From a virus (lineage: Duplodnaviria; Caudoviricetes), in IMG/VR virus record IMGVR_UViG_3300041964_000029, positions 1,850 through 65,849 of that record: 64,000 nucleotides of DNA; one strand, written 5' to 3'. The notes beneath the pieces were generated by a model. That model did not search any database. It saw nothing but the letters and a program-made list of their open reading frames with translations, and was not told where the DNA came from. Position numbers and translations under genes: made by a program. Positions 20,645-30,462 of the stretch are shown piece by piece (position 1 is the first letter of the stretch; each line of letters opens with the position of its first letter).

Positions 20645-21223
20645 ATGAGTAGTGAAACGTTAAAACAGAAATTTTTAGAAAAGCTTTGTGAATCTGCTGA
20701 TATAGCGGAGGCTTTATCATCTGTTGATATGCAAATGCATCATCTAATGGCATGGTGCAAAAACGATGAAGAGTTTGACAAATCATATAGATCATTAAAA
20801 CATCTTATATGTTCTCATCTAAAGAGCGAAGCTTACATGGCTGCTATTAAGGCAGTAGTAACAGAATTGACTGATCCTATGAGTAGGAAAGTACTCACAA
20901 TAACAAATGAGATTATCTATGCTGTAGATGAAGATGGTGAAGAAAAACAAGTTGGCAGAAAGATCAAAACTGATACTAGAGATAGACCGATCGCAGCTTG
21001 GGCTATTAAAGAAGCTTTAACAACTGATAGCTTTTTAAAAGCGTTAGATCATATGGTATCTGATGGAGTTTTGAGCAATGATCAATATAAAAAGCTGTTA
21101 ACTGATGCTGATAAATGTACAGCATCTATGAGAGAAACTATTGGGCGTACTGATACTAATAAAGACTCTTTAACAGAAAGAACGGCAATTGCTCTTATCC
21201 GTCAAGCTGTTGAGGAGCATTGA
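20645..21223 (+). CDS. terminase small subunit (putative)
   Basis: N-terminal HTH-like region, W...D.EF; directly upstream of the large subunit. Confidence 0.65.
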   Translation: MSSETLKQKFLEKLCESADIAEALSSVDMQMHHLMAWCKNDEEFDKSYRSLKHLICSHLKSEAYMAAIKAVVTELTDPMSRKVLTITNEIIYAVDEDGEEKQVGRKIKTDTRDRPIAAWAIKEALTTDSFLKALDHMVSDGVLSNDQYKKLLTDADKCTASMRETIGRTDTNKDSLTERTAIALIRQAVEEH

Positions 21224-21230
21224 CAGACTA

Positions 21231-22669
21231 ATGCTTAAATCTATTCGTTCGAATGCTCAGTCTGCAATTACAAAAAAAGAAAAATCGGTTGTAGATATTT
21301 CAAAAATTGATGACTCTTATGCAGATAAAGATCCTTATTTCTTGAAATATCAAGTTGATAAAGTAAGAATTAAAAATGATAAAAACCTTAAATTAAAAGT
21401 CATAGTTTGGCGTAAATCTAGACAGATTGGCGCATCTTTTGTAATGTCTTATATTTGTTTTATGGATGCAATACAAGACATTAGAGATTGTGTTTATACA
21501 TCTTACAATAAAGACTCAGCAAAGCAATTTATTAAGATGTTCGTAAATGGGCTACACTTGCGAACATAGCATTCGAATTTGTTGCCAGAAGTCAGGCAAT
21601 CAACATTAATAACATTAATGTATTTGAGGTCAAATTTAATAATGGTAGAACAATCACAGCAATTGCTGGTAATGCCAATAACTTACGTGCGAAGCCTGGT
21701 AATGGCATTGTAATAGATGAGGCTGCATATCGGATTGAGCCTCTAGAAGATATAATCGCGGCTGCAATGGCTACTGTGATACACGGCGGATGGATCTTTA
21801 TTACATCTACTCATGCGGGTATTGACGCTGATTTTAATAAATTAATTCTAAAAATTGAAGCTGGTGAATTGCCTTATGAATTAGTTACTACAACTTTTAG
21901 AGATGCGATCGCTGATGGTTTATATAAGGTTATATGTAATAAAAATAAGATTGAATGGACTTTAGAAGGTGAATTAGAATGGATCAAATCCGTTTATGCA
22001 TATTATGGAATTAGAGCGAGTGAAGAATTAGACGTTTTACCAGGAGATTTTAAGGGAGGTGATAAAATATTTTCACCTTCAATCTTCACTAAATATCATG
22101 TTACTAACTACGATGGATTAGTCTATTTTAGATATTATGACATTGCCTCATCTACGGATGCTGATGCTTACTACTCTGCTGATGTTTTAGTTGCTTATGA
22201 TGAAAGCATAGAAAAACTAATCATCCTAGATTACAATGCTGCACAACTAACACCAATGGAAGGTGATACAGATATGGAGGACGTAGTTAAGCGATCGCCT
22301 TATGGCTGCATACATTTAATCGAAATTGAACCAGGAGCATCCGGTATCAAGTATGTAGAGTATATGAAAGATAGATTAGATAATTACACTGTCTTTGGTT
22401 ATCGTCCATTACTGAGCAAATTACAAAGGGCGATACCTGTTGGCAATGCTGCTAATAAAGGTAAAGTGGTAATTTCTGATATGCTCTATCACGATAATAA
22501 CGGTGTAGAAAGATGTGAGTTTGTAGAAATTATCAGAAAATTTGATGGAAAAAAACAACCTTTAGTTAATGACTTAGTTGATTGCCTATCAGGTATATAT
22601 GACTACTTCAGACAAAATTATGGCGATAGCAGCAAAGCAGAAAAATATGATTCGTTATTTGGTGAATAA
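21231..22669 (+). CDS. terminase large subunit (frameshift near 21535, probably a sequencing error)
   Basis: Walker A KSRQIG, Walker B VIDEAA in the shifted frame, ITSTH, nuclease YDIA and NDLVD; adding one A at attaagatgtt joins the frames. Confidence 0.9.
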
Positions 22670-22764
22670 TTCCTGTGTGTTGCCTCTGAGCCTCTTAAAG
22701 ACTCTTTAGAAGGTATAAAGGTACAATCTACCAGGAATCAAGTTAAACACGTTATAAGGATTCT

Positions 22765-22845
22765 ATGACAGCGTTAATTGTTGTAATTTCAATCTTTTTG
22801 ATAGTTGTGTTAGCAGGAATGGTTAAGGACTATTTAGGGTTATGA
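22765..22845 (+). CDS. 26-aa single-TM peptide MTALIVVISIFLIVVLAGMVKDYLGL
   Basis: Hand-translated; AAGGA RBS. Confidence 0.6.
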   Translation: MTALIVVISIFLIVVLAGMVKDYLGL

Positions 22846-22928
22846 AAGCATTTTTCATTGTTGTTTTAATTCTACTCATCCTATTAACTATCGGATTACT
22901 TCTAGATAGTTGGCTCAATCCACCTTAA
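22842..22928 (+). CDS. 28-aa single-TM peptide MKAFFIVVLILLILLTIGLLLDSWLNPP
   Basis: Hand-translated; ATGA overlap with the previous ORF. Confidence 0.6.
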   Translation: MKAFFIVVLILLILLTIGLLLDSWLNPP

Positions 22929-23014
22929 AAGCCTCTTAAAGACTCTTTAGAAGTTCTAAAGGTACAATCTACCAGGAATCAAGTTAAACACGTTATAGAG
23001 GCATATAGGAGCAA

Positions 23015-23113
23015 ATGATACTAACAATCATGATCGGATGTTTAATATTTCTAGGTTTGTTTTTCATTTTTGTTATGCTGATTGAGGCTGTTAACCGCTA
23101 TTACAGGAATTAG
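23015..23113 (+). CDS. 32-aa single-TM peptide MILTIMIGCLIFLGLFFIFVMLIEAVNRYYRN
   Basis: Hand-translated; AGGAG RBS. Confidence 0.65.
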   Translation: MILTIMIGCLIFLGLFFIFVMLIEAVNRYYRN

Positions 23114-23118
23114 AGAGA

Positions 23119-23214
23119 ATGTTAGGATTTGTTGCCGTTTATGTAATCGTTGCAGTCTTATTTGGTGTAGGCTTATTTTTCAGGATGTTGGTTAAACTAC
23201 TGTTAGATAAATAA
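23119..23214 (+). CDS. 31-aa single-TM peptide MLGFVAVYVIVAVLFGVGLFFRMLVKLLLDK
   Basis: Hand-translated; starts 5 nt after the previous stop. Confidence 0.6.
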   Translation: MLGFVAVYVIVAVLFGVGLFFRMLVKLLLDK

Positions 23215-23217
23215 ATC

Positions 23218-23313
23218 ATGATAATACTCTTGTTTATTGCCTACACGATCATATGGGTAACACTTGTGGGGTACGTCCTCTGGCATTTAATAAAAAGTTA
23301 TGGGAGAAAATAG
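23218..23313 (+). CDS. 31-aa single-TM peptide MIILLFIAYTIIWVTLVGYVLWHLIKSYGRK
   Basis: Hand-translated; starts 3 nt after the previous stop. Confidence 0.6.
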   Translation: MIILLFIAYTIIWVTLVGYVLWHLIKSYGRK

Positions 23314-23343
23314 TACTGCATTACTAGAGTACAAATACCCACT

Positions 23344-23376
23344 AAAAAAAAACCCACTAAGCTTAGTGGGTTTTTG
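23344..23376. terminator. bidirectional intrinsic terminator
   Basis: A-tract, acccactaagcttagtgggt, T-tract, at the convergence of late and early units. Confidence 0.85.
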
Positions 23377-23530
23377 TCTGCCTCTTAAATTGGATCTGAT
23401 GCTGCTAGTTCATAACCTTCTAACCACCAATCAAACTCTTCACAGTCTTCAAACCAGGGATTATCCTCTCTTAATTCTTTATTCCAGAATGCATCATAAC
23501 CTTGATTAATTATCTGCTCTTTTGTTTTTC

Positions 23531-23818
23531 TCATTTTGAAACATCCTTTAAGAAACTCTGTCTGCATAGCTGATAATATTCGGAGAAAGCTGCTGTGATC
23601 CGCGATCGCTCATTCGCCCATTTTTTACCAGGAAAATTAATATTGACAAATTTAGCACCATACGCGAAACCCCATTCTAAATTCTCCATCTGCTTAAGGA
23701 TTACTCGAATATCAGATTTACGATATCCGGCTTGTGTTAAATAATTTGTAATCGCGGTGGTTAAAAACTTGCGATCGGTTGCTTCTGTGTGTTGTACTGA
23801 ATCTGGAAAGTATACCAT
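23531..23818 (-). CDS. hypothetical early protein
   Basis: 95 aa behind a promoter repeat unit. Confidence 0.7.
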   Translation of the reverse strand: MVYFPDSVQHTEATDRKFLTTAITNYLTQAGYRKSDIRVILKQMENLEWGFAYGAKFVNINFPGKKWANERSRITAAFSEYYQLCRQSFLKDVSK

Positions 23819-23955
23819 GATGATTCCTGTTGGCTCCGGTGTAGTTTGTTTTCTCTTGTCTTTACCAAGTATAAGCTAAAGACTCTTTAATCGTTCACTA
23901 TTTTAGAAAAGAACTGTCACACACTCGCTATGTGACAGTTCTTTTTTTTCTATTC

Positions 23956-24165
23956 TTAAATTACTGCAACTGTAGCGCGTGTAGAAATTTGTCCAGCAAT
24001 TCTATAAGCCTTATCAATGTGTAATGTAATAGCTTTTGTTTTATCGCGGCAAAAATGAAATCCGTTAAATTCTTGCTCTGAATCCAATTCATTACACAGG
24101 TAGAAATTTTTGCCCCAAAGTTCTTTGTTCCAAGTCAGTGATGTAAATAAAATTCTAGCTTGCAT
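23956..24165 (-). CDS. hypothetical early protein (start revised to the ATG after the RBS)
   Basis: CCGGAG-N-ATG; the MVKTRE extension comes from the repeat. Confidence 0.65.
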   Translation of the reverse strand: MQARILFTSLTWNKELWGKNFYLCNELDSEQEFNGFHFCRDKTKAITLHIDKAYRIAGQISTRATVAVI

Positions 24166-24288
24166 TGTTTTCGGCTCCGGTGTAATTTCTCTTGTCTTCA
24201 CCAAGTATAGTCTAAAGACTCTTTAATCGTCCACTGTTTTAGAAAAGAACTGTCACACACTCGCTATGTGACAGTTCACTAGTTGAGC

Positions 24289-24714
24289 CTATGCCCAATT
24301 ACGAACAATGATTTGAGCAGGATTAACAGCCCTACGCTGTTCTAAAAAGTATTCTTGCTCTAAAGCGTTCAAAGCAGCCTGAATCGTAGCATAGCTTAAG
24401 CCTGTAACCGTGTGTAGCGCTTGCATGACTGGATCACTTAGATAGCTGCTATCATCTGCTTTAAGACTTTTTAAGACGGTCTTAATCACTTCTTTGGTGT
24501 CAACGTTCCAAGCTTCAGTAATATCACAAACAACATTCTTTTTAATGCGTCCAGTTTGCTCCATCAATTGCCAGATTTTAGAAGCATATTTTTTCTCAAC
24601 ATTTACCGAGCAGACCATCACATCTAAAAAAGTTTTTTTAGTTATGGTTGAACCTGTTGAAAGAAAGCTAAATGAAGCAGCAGAAGTGAAGTTGTCAACA
24701 GTTAAAGTAGTCAT
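24289..24714 (-). CDS. hypothetical early protein (possibly winged-helix)
   Basis: 141 aa between two repeat units. Confidence 0.7.
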   Translation of the reverse strand: MTTLTVDNFTSAASFSFLSTGSTITKKTFLDVMVCSVNVEKKYASKIWQLMEQTGRIKKNVVCDITEAWNVDTKEVIKTVLKSLKADDSSYLSDPVMQALHTVTGLSYATIQAALNALEQEYFLEQRRAVNPAQIIVRNWA

Positions 24715-24836
24715 TGTTTTTGGCTCCGGTGTTTTCTCTTGTCTTCACCAAGTATAGGTTAAAGACTCTTTAATCGTCCACTGTTTTAGAAAAGAACTGT
24801 CACACACTCGCTATATGACAGTTCAGCGATCGCCGT

Positions 24837-25184
24837 TTACTTTGTTGCTAAAATTTTACCAATAACCGTGTAGCGTCTTAATGTCATTGCTGAGAAATTT
24901 CTTCTTTTGTAATACTCAGCCCGATCTAATTCGCATAGTAACGGCTGATCAGCCGTTATCTTCTGCATAGCAATCCAGAGGATAAATCGACAGTTACAGC
25001 TACTCATTAATAAGCCTATGCCTTCATATCGATCTAACAGCCGTTTGTTATAATCACCCTGTAACCATCGCTTCATTGACAAATATGAACTATTCGATTC
25101 ATAAGAATCACCAACAATTCGTTTAACTAAGTACTTAGGATCTGTCAAATCTTCTACTGTCGTTTTTGCTGCTGTAAGGCTCAT
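24837..25184 (-). CDS. hypothetical early protein
   Basis: CCGGAG RBS. Confidence 0.65.
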   Translation of the reverse strand: MSLTAAKTTVEDLTDPKYLVKRIVGDSYESNSSYLSMKRWLQGDYNKRLLDRYEGIGLLMSSCNCRFILWIAMQKITADQPLLCELDRAEYYKRRNFSAMTLRRYTVIGKILATK

Positions 25185-25262
25185 TACTTGCTCCGGTGTA
25201 AACTGTACGGTTAACTTGATTCAGATACCTTGTAGGGGCATATATGCCCCTATCCTCAAACG

Positions 25263-25511
25263 TTAACGGTAAACATCTAACCCTTCTAACTGCTGACCAG
25301 CTTCTAAGATTTTACCATTGATCAATTTTTCCTCTAATCGTTGCAGTAGTCTAGAGGTGTCATCATCAAAAGGTGAAAAATCATTAGTTTCTAGATTAAG
25401 GACTGAACAATTTTCACCTGTAGAAACAACTGTTAATTTACTTGAAAGAACTTCAGGATTACCGTTAACAGCAGATAGGAAACGATTAAGATCAACAACT
25501 GACACTTGCAT
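25263..25511 (-). CDS. hypothetical early protein
   Basis: Behind a degenerate promoter unit; followed by a hairpin near 25232. Confidence 0.65.
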   Translation of the reverse strand: MQVSVVDLNRFLSAVNGNPEVLSSKLTVVSTGENCSVLNLETNDFSPFDDDTSRLLQRLEEKLINGKILEAGQQLEGLDVYR

Positions 25512-25572
25512 GATTTTTGAGCCTCTAAATTTTTTCCGTCTTTACCAAGTCTAGTCTAAAGGTTCTTTAATG

Positions 25573-25821
25573 TCAAGAGATTAGACCTAATTCTTTTAAC
25601 TCCTGATTAAGTGCTATTGAACAAGAATCAAAATCCGGAAAATTTACAGCACCAGTACGGCGGATTAATGTTTCATATTCTGGAGGACGTTTAAGAAATT
25701 CTAAAACACCTGTACTTAAATTATACTGAGCCTCACGCAAAATGATATTATCGCTGTCTAATTCAAAAATAAAAACCTCTTTAGCTTTAACAGAAATACT
25801 AAAATCGAAAACAGTACCCAT
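25573..25821 (-). CDS. hypothetical protein
   Basis: 82-aa ORF, co-oriented with neighbours. Confidence 0.55.
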   Translation of the reverse strand: MGTVFDFSISVKAKEVFIFELDSDNIILREAQYNLSTGVLEFLKRPPEYETLIRRTGAVNFPDFDSCSIALNQELKELGLIS

Positions 25822-25960
25822 CTATTGAACCAATAAACTATATAAATATTCTACCACATATATAAGAAAAGACAGGCAGAATAAAATCTACCTGTCTTGT
25901 TAACACCGGATGTTGGTCTGCTAGTCCCAACTGTTTTAACCTTTTCAGGTAAGCTAATTT

Positions 25961-26173
25961 TTAAGACTTCGGATCCATTCGGTAGAGAATCTGATCTTTT
26001 GTTTCGCTTATTTCTGCCTCTAGAGTTTTCTGACCTTCTAAGGCTATTGCAGCAGCACCAACCATTGATCGTTTTGTAGCCTTAGAATACAAACGGTGAT
26101 ATGCTTCTTTTTTCTGGTAGAGGCTGTATAGATGATCTATCAGTTGTTCGTTAGTCAGTAGAGATAGCATCAT
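25961..26173 (-). CDS. hypothetical coiled-coil protein
   Basis: AGGAG RBS; overlaps the upstream gene. Confidence 0.6.
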   Translation of the reverse strand: MMLSLLTNEQLIDHLYSLYQKKEAYHRLYSKATKRSMVGAAAIALEGQKTLEAEISETKDQILYRMDPKS

Positions 26174-26504
26174 TTCTCCTAATACGGATTTTTTTGTCAG
26201 CTTGTTTAGGTGTCAGGTTATACAATTGCATATATTTCTGCTCAATCTGCTTAACTAATGGTGTCAGCTTAAAAGCCAATTCAAAAATTTCAACAGGTGC
26301 AGAAATTTTTATATTTGATTTACCGATTTTTCCTCCAACAACTACTTTGATTAAATCTGAGATTACATCATCAACATCAAAGATAATATACCCATCTGCG
26401 ATGTGTTGCAAAATCTCGAATGATTCCTGTGTAACACTTTCTAAAGTTGTCTTAATCTCGTTAGTGTCAGTGTTGAGTGTTGCAGCCCGATTAGTGTTAG
26501 CCAT
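26151..26504 (-). CDS. hypothetical early protein
   Basis: Behind a promoter unit. Confidence 0.65.
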   Translation of the reverse strand: MANTNRAATLNTDTNEIKTTLESVTQESFEILQHIADGYIIFDVDDVISDLIKVVVGGKIGKSNIKISAPVEIFELAFKLTPLVKQIEQKYMQLYNLTPKQADKKIRIRRNDAISTD

Positions 26505-26560
26505 TTTTTGCTCCGGTGTAATTTGTTCTTAACCAAGTATAATCTGAAGAGTCTTTAACG

Positions 26561-26779
26561 TCAAGTAGATTTAGACTCTAATTTTTCGGCATATTCTTTT
26601 GCCTCTTTTTGACTGTTCAGCACACTAGCAACCTTCACACCATCTTTTTCTAGATTGTATGCCTGTGGAGTATTACAACCCATAAACAGGGGCACTATTT
26701 TATAACGTCCACATCTACTTAAAACCCAACCTTGCCTACTCATAGACCATTTAACTAACGTATCCTGTTTACGTGGCAT
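26561..26779 (-). CDS. hypothetical early protein
   Basis: CCGGAGG RBS. Confidence 0.65.
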   Translation of the reverse strand: MPRKQDTLVKWSMSRQGWVLSRCGRYKIVPLFMGCNTPQAYNLEKDGVKVASVLNSQKEAKEYAEKLESKST

Positions 26780-26808
26780 AATGTCCTCCGGTGTTTTTCC
26801 TCTATCGG

Positions 26809-27123
26809 TTAACGTGTATAAGCTGTTAGATCAATTTTGCTGGAAGCGATATATTTGTCGATTTCAGTTTGTAGATTTTTTGCTGCTAATTTTTCCTCTG
26901 TATTTTGACGATTAAAACTAAAGTTATCAACAGCATGATCAATCATCGCTTTAAGCTTTGCTAATTCTTCATGATACGAATAAGTTGGTCTTGCGATAAC
27001 TGAGAAAATATTTTCGAGTGATTCAATATGTGAAATATTCCATTGATTATCGAATATCGCATAACCGTTATAATCTAACATTTCGATCGCGATAGATACG
27101 GCTGATTCTCTGAATGATTTCAT
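26809..27123 (-). CDS. hypothetical early protein
   Basis: Behind a TTGACA/TATACT promoter unit. Confidence 0.7.
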   Translation of the reverse strand: MKSFRESAVSIAIEMLDYNGYAIFDNQWNISHIESLENIFSVIARPTYSYHEELAKLKAMIDHAVDNFSFNRQNTEEKLAAKNLQTEIDKYIASSKIDLTAYTR

Positions 27124-27225
27124 GATTTTTGGCTCCGGTGTTTTCTCCTGTCTTCACCAAGTATAGGCTAAAGACTCTTTAACTGTCAAGATATTAGTTA
27201 AAGAATCTTTAGAGAGTATTAATAC

Positions 27226-27462
27226 TTAAAATTTAGATTCTAAGCAAAAATAATGTGATTCATCTGTTTGACTATAGCCAACAATAGCACGCGGATTATG
27301 ATATTTACCATTCGTCTGATACTTAGCAAATATTCTTAAGATTGCTAATTCAGAACCAAAGGCATAATAACAACCTGAAATAATTTCAACTCTGATAGAT
27401 TCTTTAGCAATATCCTCAAAAGTTTTTTGTACTTTAACTTCGTTAGTGGTTTGATTAGACAT
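27226..27462 (-). CDS. hypothetical early protein (start revised)
   Basis: ATG after CCGGAG RBS. Confidence 0.7.
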   Translation of the reverse strand: MSNQTTNEVKVQKTFEDIAKESIRVEIISGCYYAFGSELAILRIFAKYQTNGKYHNPRAIVGYSQTDESHYFCLESKF

Positions 27463-27586
27463 TGTTTTTGGCTCCGGTGTGTTTTCTCTTGTCTTCACCA
27501 AGTATAAGCTAAAGACTCTTTAACTGTCTACTGTTTTTGAAAAGAACTGTCACACACTCGCTATGTGACAGTTCAGCGATCGCTGT

Positions 27587-28093
27587 TTACTTTGTCCAAG
27601 CTTCACTATGAATAATTGCTTTCATCGCAGCAGCATCCGTTACACCTTCTAACCAATTTTTCTGTAAGGCTACATAATCAACTAAGGATGAAACACCAAA
27701 GAAAGTCCGAGCGTATGCAATGGTATGTTTACAGGATTTTATATCATTGATCCGTAACCCGTTAGGACTGCCGTATGATTTACAGTTACAATGTACAGGG
27801 TTAGACTGCCATCCTGTAGTAGTTGTACCATCATTTTTAAATTCAACGCTTTTAGAGGCTACTATAGCCCGTTGTACTAATTTTCTTAATAGTGCATGAA
27901 CACTCAGAAAAGTAGAGCATTTTGAACGCTTGCCATTCGCCACAGCTAAGTATGTAACCTGATAAGCACCATTTTTGCAGACCATAGAACTAATGACAAC
28001 TACAGCACCAAGTTCATGTTGATCCATAATCAATTCTCCGAGCGTGGTATTGGAAAAGTAGTTGGTGCTGATGACAGGCTTTTGATTAGACAT
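27587..28093 (-). CDS. SWIM zinc-finger protein
   Basis: CNC...CKH (CxC-Xn-CxH) motif. Confidence 0.7.
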   Translation of the reverse strand: MSNQKPVISTNYFSNTTLGELIMDQHELGAVVVISSMVCKNGAYQVTYLAVANGKRSKCSTFLSVHALLRKLVQRAIVASKSVEFKNDGTTTTGWQSNPVHCNCKSYGSPNGLRINDIKSCKHTIAYARTFFGVSSLVDYVALQKNWLEGVTDAAAMKAIIHSEAWTK

Positions 28094-28214
28094 TGTTTTT
28101 GGCTCCGGTGTAGTTTGTTTTCTCTTGTCTTCACCAAGTATAAGCTAAAGACTCTTTAACTGTCTACTGTTTTTGAAAAGAACTGTCATACACTCGCTAT
28201 GTGACAGTTCACCC

Positions 28215-28403
28215 CTACTTAATGATATTGCTGTTATCCTGATCCACGTTGCTTAAAATTTTGTCCTCTTCCTCTAATACCTCAATCATTGAAGCATATC
28301 TTGGTTCAACTTCTGCAACACGTTCTAAATCTTCTTTTGAAAGATCTTCACCATTTTCAAACTGTTCAATCAGTTCATCATCAGTCTTTTTAGATTGGCT
28401 CAT
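28215..28403 (-). CDS. small acidic hypothetical protein
   Basis: 62 aa, D/E-rich; GGAG RBS. Confidence 0.6.
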   Translation of the reverse strand: MSQSKKTDDELIEQFENGEDLSKEDLERVAEVEPRYASMIEVLEEEDKILSNVDQDNSNIIK

Positions 28404-28471
28404 TGTTTTAGCTCCAATGTTTTAGTTGATTGAACTGTCACATAGTTAACTATGTGACAGTTCAACAGCTT

Positions 28472-28651
28472 TTAATTTTTCCCGTACACTGTAGAATGAT
28501 GCTCAACTTTTGAAACGAATCTTGTCTTTTTGATTGTGTTGATAACCTGATCAGGTGTAACACTTTCGGGGACGGTGTAAGTTTCATTAAATGTAGCTTG
28601 TCCACCTACAGGATAAACTTTAACAATAATTTGAATCATTTGTACTGACAT
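28472..28651 (-). CDS. 59-aa hypothetical early protein (not in the ORF track)
   Basis: MSVQMIQIIVKVYPVGG...STVYGKN between a repeat unit and a hairpin variant near 28432. Confidence 0.65.
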   Translation of the reverse strand: MSVQMIQIIVKVYPVGGQATFNETYTVPESVTPDQVINTIKKTRFVSKVEHHSTVYGKN

Positions 28652-28779
28652 TGTTTTTGACTCCGGTGTAGTTTGTTTTCTCTTGTCTTCACCAAGTATA
28701 GGTTAAAGACTCTTTAATCGTCCACTGTTTTAGAAAAGAACTGTCACACACTCGCTATGTGACAGTTCAGAGGAATCAT

Positions 28780-29166
28780 TTACAATTCGGATGCTGCTAT
28801 CTCATCAAACTCCGTAGTATCAACATCATCGAGATCTGTAGAATCATCTTCATCAAAATCAATCGGTTTTATCATGCCGTAAACCTCTATCACTTTAAGT
28901 AATAGCCAATGGCGTTTTAGATAGATAATGTAATTTTGTGAAGGGTTTAGATTTTGACCTAAGCAAATAATTTCGGTATAACCAGTCATCTGTTGAGCCA
29001 TTACGTGTAGCCTATAAGGTTCAACACTCATCCATAAGATGCAATCTTTATTATCATTATTTGTCATGCCCCATAGCTGAGAATCTGAACGATCTAGATC
29101 GCTTAGTTGATTGTAGACTTTTCTAGCAATTTTTTTGTCTGCAAACTTGAAGATAAAATCCGTCAT
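28780..29166 (-). CDS. hypothetical protein with acidic tail
   Basis: AGGAG RBS. Confidence 0.65.
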   Translation of the reverse strand: MTDFIFKFADKKIARKVYNQLSDLDRSDSQLWGMTNNDNKDCILWMSVEPYRLHVMAQQMTGYTEIICLGQNLNPSQNYIIYLKRHWLLLKVIEVYGMIKPIDFDEDDSTDLDDVDTTEFDEIAASEL

Positions 29167-29360
29167 AATTTCTCCTAAATGATTCCTGTGTGAATGAATT
29201 TAACTATCTACCAGATCCGCGATGATCAGACATTGTTTTTGCCTCCGTTTTGTGTTTTCTCTTGTCTTCACCAAGTATAGACTAAAGACTCTTTAACTGT
29301 CTACATATTTTCAAAAGAACTGTCACAAACTCGCTATGTGACAGTTCTTTTCAGGAATCA

Positions 29361-29732
29361 TCACAAGCAATGATATATAACCTGTTTTAGTACAGACTCA
29401 GCACCAAATTTATAATTAAATTCGCTTGCGTCTTTTTGTTTTCTTGTCCAATTTGAAGTTTTTCGTGTAAAACTCTGATCACCACACCAATAAAATTTAA
29501 CCGATTCTATGCCTTTACTGATAACGTGATAAACTTTTTCACCATCATCAATTTTTTCTAACACAGGCTCCGAATAATCCGGATCGATGATTAACTCTAT
29601 TCTTTTGTCTGCAACTAAATTATCAATACTTAATTCTTTGGCACAATCTATAGCTTTTCGCAAATTGTCAAATATATTTTCAGTCGAATTTCTGATGCCG
29701 TCTTTTGTGTAATGAAAGATAACATGAATCAT
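29361..29732 (-). CDS. hypothetical early protein
   Basis: Between repeat units. Confidence 0.7.
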   Translation of the reverse strand: MIHVIFHYTKDGIRNSTENIFDNLRKAIDCAKELSIDNLVADKRIELIIDPDYSEPVLEKIDDGEKVYHVISKGIESVKFYWCGDQSFTRKTSNWTRKQKDASEFNYKFGAESVLKQVIYHCL

Positions 29733-29856
29733 TTTTTTGGCTCCGGTGTAGTTTGTTTTCTCTTGTCTTCACCAAGTATAGGCTAAAGACTCTTTAATTG
29801 TCCACTGTTTTAGAAAAGAACTGTCACACACTCGCTATGTGACAGTTCAGCAGCCT

Positions 29857-30147
29857 CTATTTTGGTTTAGATAGCATAGCGATTACAGCGTTTGGCTTAT
29901 CACCAGATACGATGATTTTGAAACTGTCACCAGCGTTAAAAAGACCATTACCAGGACGTTGGCAATCGGTAGTCAGCTTAACAACAAACGAATGGTTAAA
30001 TGTACGATTGCCACCATAAGTAACTATTACAGGTGTAATTTCTTCAACAATACCGCTAAACCCGTATTTTTTGAAATACAAACCAGTGATATGATCACCA
30101 ACCGCAATTTGATCTAAGTTGATTTCATCCTGAAGTAATACTGACAT
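29857..30147 (-). CDS. hypothetical early protein
   Basis: Between repeat units. Confidence 0.7.
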   Translation of the reverse strand: MSVLLQDEINLDQIAVGDHITGLYFKKYGFSGIVEEITPVIVTYGGNRTFNHSFVVKLTTDCQRPGNGLFNAGDSFKIIVSGDKPNAVIAMLSKPK

Positions 30148-30240
30148 TGTTTTTGGCTCCGGTGTAGTTTGTTTTCTCTTGTCTTCACCAAGTATAGGTT
30201 AAAGACTCTTTAATCGTCAAGAGTCTTTAACAAATATTTT

Positions 30241-30462
30241 CTAAAACTCAAAATCAGTAGTTAACCATATGTATAACTCAGAAAGTGATTCAAATAATTT
30301 TTGAAAATCGTTTCTTGCATAATCACTAGACAATAGGATCTTAGCTTCACCAGCATCGTTAACCCGTTCAATATGGTAGTAGTTAAAGTTGGCGATCGCT
30401 TGACAAGTTTCATAAGTTAATTCTCTCATTTTTGGCTCCGGTGTAATCTGCTGTGTACTCAT
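30241..30462 (-). CDS. hypothetical protein (alternative start 30429)
   Basis: Contains the repeat-type RBS internally. Confidence 0.55.
   Translation of the reverse strand: MSTQQITPEPKMRELTYETCQAIANFNYYHIERVNDAGEAKILLSSDYARNDFQKLFESLSELYIWLTTDFEF

Larger units (their letters stand above)
22690..22997 (+). repeat. 67-bp direct repeat x2 (22690-22756, 22931-22997): palindrome + TACAAT + CAGGAATCA
   Basis: gcctcttaaagactctttagaag.t.taaaggtacaatctaccaggaatcaagttaaacacgttata with 2 mismatches. Confidence 0.9.

Noticed and set aside
21530-21545. Split terminase as an intron, intein or programmed frameshift
   Set aside because: One missing A (attaa[a]gatgtt) restores a continuous ATPase domain with no intervening sequence; most likely a sequencing error.
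23300-23509. 69-aa plus-strand ORF
   Set aside because: It runs through a bidirectional terminator and overlaps a minus-strand ORF.
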